A DNA stretch of 64,000 bases. Source: Eutreptiella sp. 'Long Island Sound 2002' (lineage: Eukaryota; Protista; Euglenida). The translations under genes were made by a program, and so were the position numbers. Position 1 is the stretch's first letter. Every line of letters begins with the position of its first letter. The notes under the pieces were generated by a model, which was not told where the DNA came from, ran no database searches, and saw nothing but the letters and a program-made list of their open reading frames with translations. This document shows positions 52,001-61,000 of this stretch, one piece after another. The DNA lies in the NCBI GenBank assembly GCA_964036045.1, contig OZ038378.1:2356001-2420000 (forward strand), in the 5' to 3' direction.

Positions 52001-55000
52001 GCCCTCGGAGTGGGTAGCGTGGGGTCCCCGAGGCCACCAGAACCGCCAACATAGCAAAAATGGCTGAAAACTACATAAACTGCATAAAAGCGCTCGTCCC
52101 ACTCCGCCCCATACAAACCCCATGGAGTCGGGACCCGGAAGCACTTTTTCAGCTCAGAATCAAAGAAAAGCAAAGGATTCATGATTTTCGACCTAAAAAA
52201 GGGGGAGTCATTTTGTCGACATTTTTGACCCCCCCTCCCCCCCACCCGCCCACACCTCCCTGCAAACCTCCAAAAAGTGGGTTTCAAGTGGGGGAGGGGG
52301 GGGGGTCTAGGGGGGTCCGGACCAAAAACTCTTTGGGGGATGCGTTTATTGGACAAAATAATGATTTTACAAGGGGTTACACAAACGATTCAACCCCTTG
52401 GGCTAGGGCACGCGAATAGCCCCAAAAAGGCCCAAAAGGGGGGGTATGTGGCGTTTTCCTCTATATACGGGCCTCCATGGCTTTGATCGAACAACCTCTG
52501 CGGGGTGATTTTCAGGGTCACTAAACAGCTCCTACCCAGCGTGAAAATGGCGAAGTCATCACTAGCAATGGGCCATCTGGGGGGGGGGGGGGGATGGGGG
52601 TACCCGGAGTTGGGACCCGGGACCTCCACCATGGGTTAGGGGGTCCATATACAAGAAAAAAGTTCTTCAGGACCCAGGTCCAAATACACACACAGCGGCC
52701 ACAATACGCAAAGAAAATTTGACCCCCCCCCATCCCCCCCCCAAAACAAGTGGTACCTAGGTCGGGGGGGTACGGGGGTCAACATCCAAAAAATCATTGG
52801 GGGATCATTGTTGGTCCTAAAATGATGATTTTACAAGGGGTTAGATGTCAGAAACCATACGTTGGGGTATGCTACGCAGACGACCCCCCAAAAGGGGGGT
52901 ATACAACACCCGCGCCTGCGCTTGATCTAACAACCTCTCTTCGAGGTGATTTTCGGCCCCTTCGGCGCCAGATTTTATCATAACGGATTAAAGGTGCCTG
53001 TCAATTGAGCCCTTTTCCCAACCCCCCCCCAGATTTTGGCGGCTCTGTTGACCCCCCCCCCCCCTCACTTGAAAACCCGGTATGCCCAGGGCAGGTGACC
53101 CAAGTAAAGCCCCCGGCCACGGCCTCCCATCAGCGTCCATACTCCACTGCATCCTCCTCACCAACACCTGATCGAACGATTCAGACAGGAGTGCAGTCTG
53201 AATGGTGTGTGCCCCCCTGGCCCGTGCAGACAGACAGGGATCAAGACGGACAGACCGCTTTGTCTGTAATCTTGAAGAGAGTCATTATGCTCCGTCGCTC
53301 TGACGTACGGAACCACAGCTCAATTGTGAACCCCGTCAGCTTTGTGCACAACTCCGGGATGTGTGGGATTTGAATGTACGACGGGTCCCCGGTCTTCGAG
53401 CCCCCCAATTGAGGCACCTGGTCCTCTTTGCCACAACGTCCGTTATTGGGCACACTCGTTAGGCCTGTGAAAGCACAAGCAGTGTGTATATGGCAATGCA
53501 ATGGGAAATTCTATTGCCTTCGGCAGTGCACCTCGAAGAGAGGTTGACAGTCAGCCAATCAGTCCCTGAGCCAGCAAGCAGGCAGTCAGACAGATACACA
53601 CAGTTTGGGTTTTTTGTCAGTGGCAGATGCGGCCCCAAGCAGCAGCGACGCCATTCGCAATTCTATTGCCTTCGGCAAGTCCACCTCGCAGAGAATCTAC
53701 TGCGAGCAACACACACCCAAAATAGGCTGGAAACTACATAAATACCGGCTAAAACATGCTTTACATACCTTGGATGATCATTTTAGGTGATCACGGTATC
53801 AAAAAAACAAGTTTCGAAAACTTCGATTTTTGAGCTGCCCAGGGTGACAAACTGCATAAGCAGGTTGTGTACCAATCCCTTGGGAGGACCCCCCCCCCTT
53901 GGACCTAATACCCAAATCGGGAGAAAAACACGTAAATACGGCCTAAAACATGCTTTACATACCTTGGATGGTCATTTTAGGTGATCACAATATCACAAAA
54001 ACAAGTTTCAAAAACTTCCATTTTTGAGCTGTCCGGGGTGAAAAACTGCATAAGCAGGTTGTGCACCCGTCCCTTGGGAGACCCCCCCCCCCCCCGACCT
54101 GATACCCAAATAGGGTGAAAAACACGTAAATACGGCCTAAAACATGCTTTCCATAGCTTGGATGGTCATTTTGGGTGGTCACAATATCAAAAAAACAAGT
54201 TTCGAAAACTTCCATTTTTGAGCTGTCCGGGTTGAAAAACTGCATAAGCAGGTTGTGCACCCGGCCCTTGGGAGACCCCCCCCCCCCCCGGACCTAAGAC
54301 CCAAATAGGGTGAAAAACACGTAAATACGGCCTAAAAGATGCTTTGCATAGCTTGAAATGTCATTTTGGGTGGTCACAATATCAAAAAAACAAGTTTCAA
54401 AAACTTCGATTTTTGAGCTGCCTGGGGTGAAAAACTGCATAAGCAGGTTGTGTACCTCCCCATTCACTAGGCCATTATTGGTGGAAACAGTCATTTCGCG
54501 TCTTTGGCACGGGTTGTGAACGGCCATAAGCAGGGGTAGACACGGCAAAAAACGTCCTTTCGTATCCTAGTAGGCATATACTGTCACAACATCCCCACTC
54601 GCACCCCTCGGAGTGGGTACCACGGGGTCACCGAGGTCGCCAGAACCGCCAACATAGCATAAATGGCTGAAAAGTGCATAAACTGCACTAGCGCTCGTCC
54701 CACTCCGCCCCATACAAACCCTATGGAGTCGGGACCCGGAAACACTTTTTCGGCTCAAAATCGAAAAAAACCAAAAGATTCATGATTTTCGACCCAAAAA
54801 AAGGGGGGGTAATTTTTTCGACATTTTTGACCCCCCCCCCACCCCCCCACCCCCCCACCCCCACCCCCACCCCCCCCCCAAAAAGTGGGTTTCAAGTGGG
54901 GGGGGTCTGGGGGGGTCCGGACCAAAAACTCATTGGGGGATGCGTTTATTGGACAAAATAATGATTTTACAAGGGGTTAAACTAACAATTCAACCCCTTG

Positions 55001-58000
55001 GGGTAGGGTACGCGAATAGGCCCAAAATGGGGGGTATGTGGCGNNNNNNNNNNNNNNNNNNNNNNNNNNNNNNNNNNNNNNNNNNNNNNNNNNNNNNNNN
55101 NNNNNNNNNNNNNNNNNNNNNNNNNNNNNNNNNNNNNNNNNNNNNNNNNNNNNNNNNNNNNNNNNNNNNNNNNNNNNNNNNNNNNNNNNNNNNNNNNNNN
55201 NNNNNNNNNNNNNNNNNNNNNNNNNNNNNNNNNNNNNNNNNNNTTTTTCCAAGGGTGGGGGGGGTCTGGGGGGGTCCGGACCAAAAACTCATTGGGGGAT
55301 GCGTTTATTGGACAAAATAATGATTTTACAAGGGGTTAAACTAACAATTCAACCCCTTGGGGTAGGGTACGCGAATAGGCCCAAAATGGGGGGTATGTGG
55401 CGTTTTCCCCATATATACGCCTGCCTGGCTTTGATCTAACAACCTCTGCGAGGTGATTATCTAAGCAGTGGCCGAGTGGTAGCGCAGCCGGCCAGCATCC
55501 GTGTGGCCGGCGGTTCGAATTCCAGTCTGCCCAATTTGGCGCCGCCGCCGGCGGCGGCGCTAAATGTCAGCGTGTCAGGATTCGGACCAACGCCTGCCCA
55601 CATGCTGTTGGCTGCGCTACCATTGGACCGCTGGCCGTGTTACGAGCACCGTGCGTCCCCACTGCTTGTAGCCTATTAAGCAAAAACTTTTGACCCCCCC
55701 CCCACCCCCCCCCCACCCACCCCCCCACCCCCCGCTCAAAAAGTGATATCCAGTTTTAGGGGGTAGAGGCCTCAGAATCAAAAAATCCATTGGGGGATTG
55801 TCTTGTTGGGCAAAATAATGATTTTACAAGGGGTTGGACATCCAATATCATGCCTTGGGGTATGCTACGCGAATGACCCCAAAAAAGGGGGGTATATGAC
55901 GCCCGCGCCTGCGCTTGATCTAACAACCTCTCTTCGAGGTGATTTTCAACCTCCGCAAGCCTACTACAAGCCTTGGCTGAATTATGAAGGGTGTGAGTCA
56001 TACCTGACGCCAGCGCACGTTGAAACGGACGGTTTCAAACGCCCAAAACAGATTTGGAACGCATACAAAGGGATACCCCTAAATCCCAAAGGGACGCAAG
56101 CGGACACACCCCAAGTTGACAACTGGTCTGCCCAAGCGGCGAAGGTCTCACGCCAGTCGACAACACTGGTTGTTGCCGTCATTCATGTAGATCACCTAGC
56201 TTATGGCTCGCAGATCGCAGCAATTTGGTGACTCGCACTATCACACCAACCCCAGATGCACCAGAGCATCGTACCTTTTGATTCAGAGGGTGGACACTCT
56301 CTTTGGTGAACATTGTTGGCCAGAGCACTTTGGACGTCGCTCCGAGGCATGCATGCATCCTCCCTGAGTCTATACTGCTGTATGGACATAGAAACAGAAG
56401 AAAACAGACATTGGGAGTACCCCATACGATGCACGCACGCTTCATTTATACGCCTTGCGCGTAACACACCAGGCCCGACAAGCGAGCCTCTGCGCCTGAG
56501 CTGGTGTAGATTAGCGCCCGAGCTCCCGTGGACGGGCACCAGGCGCCTTGCCGTTGTCATGCAAGCACTACTGTGCTTTTCGCTTCTGTTTGGCAGCATG
56601 CAGTTTGAACGTCAGGACACCACAAAGGCTACAACCTAGGGACACCACAACGGCTGCTCCTACATGTGCAGAGTAGGCAGCAGCACCACAACAACCCGGA
56701 CAGCACACCAAATATCACACAGTGGTATGGGGGTGCAACAACACAGACAGAGGCTGGTGCAGGTCGTGCTGGCGGGTGCGACTGCTGCTGCTGCTCGCTC
56801 ACCCTGTGCAGAACCAGCCCAACTAATTGGCTCCAGATCTTTGAACTCGCTGAGTGGCAGAAAATTTTGAATACAATTTCCGCCTTCCACGCCAAAATAT
56901 TGGCAGCACAGCAGCAGCAGCAGCATTGTCTGAACCATGGTGGCTTCGGAGAGAACTGCGAGACGCACGGGCTTCACAGGACAACCTGGACGGCGGTGGT
57001 ACTCCCTCTCCTTCTCAGCGCGGTCCGCGGCTTTGGTTTGCAGGCTCGGGAGAGCACTGGCATTGTCTTGCTTGCCTCCTTTTTTGCCCTGAGGGCTGCC
57101 GAGGCTCTGCATGAAGGGGGCGCTCTTGGGGCGCTCTGGGCGGTCAGGTCGCCCTTGTGCAACCACAATCTGCATGAGCGAGCGTGTGTGCGCAAGGCAG
57201 ACTGCTATCGGACATCACTACAAAAGGGCGCGGCTGTCCAGCACACCCCGTATCAGAGAAGGGTGCTCGCTGGCATGCTTGCCGTGGACGACTCATGAAC
57301 CGCCGTTGGCCCACCACATCCCTGCTTCTTCGTCGTTGGGAGAAAAAAAATTCGGAAGAGCCCCTTACCTTGTGACTTGCTGTTCCTCAGCGTTGAACAT
57401 ACTATAGACACCTGATCACAGCACATCTTGCCCTTGTTCTACGGCTTTCACTGTTACTCCCGTTCTCCAGTGGAGGGCAACGCACCCAACGCAAACAAAA
57501 CAAGTGAGGGCGCGTGTGGAGACCAAGCGAACGAGTGCAACATGGGTCCCATAACAAGGGAATGATGTCAACCAGAGGACTGGCTTGCAGAACACGCTTG
57601 CTCTCATTTCTGCTTCAATCTTACAACTTCGTTTCCCTTGTTCAAGTGTGGTGTGGTACAGTGTGGTATAGTGTGGCACAAATGTGGTGTGGTGTAGTGC
57701 AAAACCTTTCATGGTTTGGATGTAACAAGAACTGTGGAGCCAGTGGGAGGAGATGGGGCATTGGTGCACTTGCACGGAGATGCATCTGACCAGACTCATC
57801 GAAAAAAAGGAAAGCTCATCATCTCTGCAGAGGTGCAGCACATGACGCACAGCACAGCCACCACATCATCGCACACCACATCATACACCACACAAAATAC
57901 AGCACTCAGCATACAGCATGGGACGGACAGCACAGCAACGCAGACACACCACGTCACACCTCAGAGAAATTGCAAATATTTTTCCCGCGAATTGTATGTT

Positions 58001-61000
58001 GTAGCTGGCCCATGTGCATGCCATGCATCACATCTCACATGGTGTGCCATACCGCCTATTTTGAAAGTGCCAATTTTTGATTCAGAAAAAGACACCCAAT
58101 ATTTGTGCCTTGGGTGTGCAAGAGCCTGCACACCTGTCCGTGTGTGTCCATGCATGCGCATTGGTGTGCCTGTATTTCCCAGACTCCCGTGCAGTGCAGA
58201 TACTATTGGCTTCAGCAGGGCACCTCGAAGTGGGACTCTTGTGATTTGTTCGCCCTCAACCCCCCCACTCTGTCTGTCGGGTTTTGTAAGGTACAAGGAA
58301 AAAAAGGATGGGTAAAAGATTGTGTTGTCAGGATACAGCCTGTAAGGTCGCACGAACCTAGCCTTTTCCCCCTGACTCGAGTAAACCTATCATGGGGCTA
58401 GCGGGCCCAAAACGGCATTTTCGGTGCCGATAAGCACCACCGTGAGGGCCTCTTTGTTGCTAGATGACTCCCCGTTGCCTGAATCATACTCCAGCTGGCA
58501 CAAGATGGCCACCCTACAACACTCTAATGGTTCCCGGGGGTCATCAGAGGCTATCCCGAAATCGCGATTTTTCAGTCAATGCGAGCCATGCAAGCCTAAA
58601 ACAGCAAAGACCTCACCAGTGGGGCCCCAAACGGGGGCCAATCTTGGAAAATTGGACATGGCATCTGGGACCCTCGCTATTGGTCAGGGGGTCCATACTG
58701 AAGAAAAAAGTAGGGTGGGACCTAAGTCAGAATGGATGCACAGTGACAGCTATAGGGCAACCAAGTTTGACCCCCAAGGGTCCCTTGGGGTCGTCACAAG
58801 TCACCCCAAAATCACAATTTTCAGCCAACCCATGCCGGCTTGAAAATAGCTATTTCCTCACTGGTGGGGATCGGGCGGGGGGGGCTTGGAAAGTCGGACA
58901 TAACATCCGAGACCTCGCCATTGGTTAGCAGGTGCTGATCGAAGGACTTAGCCCACGCAAACTGCACCCTGTTTTTCACCTCAAGGGCGGCATTTGTGTG
59001 CAAAAAAAAGACGCGCAGTTTCCGCGTGTTTCCACCTGAAAACTGAGAATTAAAAAACGGAGGAATCTCAAATATATTTTTTTAGGCTATCAGCGGAATG
59101 CAAGTAGTCAGAGGTATGAAAAAAACATTTTTTTTGGCATGTTGAGTGCGCGAGGCCTCGCGCACTCAATTATGCAGAATGTGTATTTACCAATGGTCCT
59201 GAATAAACAGTATTCCATGCCAAATGAGGCTCTGATGTCTTCATGGGTGCCTCATGGTGTACCGTTCGGGTCATGTCAGCAGCAAGAGTGGTCAATCAAT
59301 GGACGTTTTGTACACGCCATGCACTATGTAAGGTGTAATAGATCTAAAAAGGCGGCTTGCCCTCAGTCCTTGCTAAACACACGATTTTCAGTTGGTTTAC
59401 CTACAAATGAGGTGCCCAGCCTCCCATCTTTTGGGGCTGTACAACAGTCTGTCAGAAGCGCTAGGTCACAGGACGTATGAAGCAAGTGCTCTAGAGGAGG
59501 ATAGTCTAATCGCTACTCTTGAGCTCACTGTTTTCACAGGATTCCAAAAGGGAGGAATCTCAAAAAACCTTTTGGAGGCTATCGGCAGAATGCAAGTAGT
59601 CAGGGGTACTCAAAAACCCTTGCTTCTAGTATGTTGAGTGCGCGAGCCCTCGCGCACTGAGTGTTCCGCTGTGCAAGTCTTTAACCCATATTGAATCTTG
59701 CAGTTTTGCTTTTGCTCCATCCTTGCTTCATGCCACTTCCGATGTCAAAAAGTGATCTCAAAAAAGCCTGAAAATCTCACTCCAGCTGGCTGAGTGCGCG
59801 AGGCCTCGAGCACTCAGCCTCCCATGATAAGTATTTTTTCATGTGGACATGCACAGGATGTGTGAACAGCGCCCATCTTTAATAGTTTTCCAGACGATCA
59901 AAAAATTGGTATTCTTCAAATTAGCCAACAAAATTTTTTTTCGGGGAAAATGACCGGTAAACCCTCTGATTTTGGACTAAAGAATGGTTATTTGACCCCC
60001 CTAAAAACAGCAAAAAATGGGCAAAACTGATGAAAAATGCATTTTTTGGGAGGGTTTGAAAAACAGTATTTTCAAGATGGCAAAAAAAACTATTTTTTTC
60101 GGTGACAAAATCTAGGTGCTTAGGTGAAAAAAAGGGGGTGCAGTTTGCGTGGGCTAAAAAGGAAAACGTGCAACGCGGCCTAGGTCAGAATCCTCGCACA
60201 GCGGGGGCTAAGCAGGCCAACAACAACGCTTTCAGGGCCAATGAACACCACAGGCATGGTCCAGCTGGAACCACATGGCGCCCCATGGCTTTATACATAC
60301 TCATATTGTCACTAAATGGTCACCCAACGCCAGTCCAAGAGTCCTTAGGAGTCGTTGGAGGTCACTGCAAAATAGCAATTTTTCAGCCAAAACATGCCCA
60401 CCTGTGGGGCCCTAGGTGAGTACGTACAAAGCCAACAGGAGCCATGTAGCACCAACAAGGATCCCTAGGGGTCGTGAGGAGTCACCCTGAAACTATTATT
60501 TTTCAGCCAACCCATGCCAGCTTAAAAACGGCTAAGTCCTCACCGGTGGAGCGAGGTAGGGGGGCTGATATCTTGGAAAGTTGGACATAGCACCCGGACA
60601 TAGAATAGAAAGTGACCTAAGTCCGAATCAACACACAATGGCGGCTAAACGCCAACCAAATTTCGCCCACCATGATGCTAGCGGGCCCAAAACGGCGCTT
60701 TCGGGGCCAAGAAACGCAAAACTTGGGGACCTAGGACTGTTGTTGGGGGACCATTTGGTGACAAGGGGAGTACATATGAAGCGAAGAGGAGCCATGTAGC
60801 ACCAACAAGGGTCCCCGGGGGCCATCAGAGGTTACGTCGAAATCGCAATTTTTGAGCAAACTCATGCCTGCCTTAAAACGGTAATGTTCTCACCTAGGGG
60901 GGGCTGAGCTTGGAAATTTGGAGATAGCACCCAAGACTCCCACCATTGGTTTGGGTGTCCATATAGAAGAAAAAAGTGCAATGGGACGTGGTTCTCAATC

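Larger units (their letters stand above)
53508..55944. mobile_element. Type-1 element, copy C, interrupted by a nested type-2 element (53660-55458)
   Basis: Left end at 53508-53640. The tRNA-like pair and R module resume at 55459-55944. Confidence 0.72.

Noticed and set aside
50026-54758. Recurring peptide FSHFCYVGGSGG...SGDVVTVYAYKDTKGPF as a transposase remnant
   Set aside because: It is the reverse translation of the repeated type-2 core. Frames are inconsistent between copies and no Rep, helicase or DDE motifs are visible.
54890-55400. Apparent tandem duplication of the R2 module
   Set aside because: The identical ~150-bp copies flank a 200-N gap, so they are most likely overlapping contig ends.
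14469-55633. Functional tRNA genes (Cys/Tyr/Ala)
   Set aside because: Acceptor, anticodon and T stems do not pair properly and the loops differ per copy, so they are reported only as tRNA-like.
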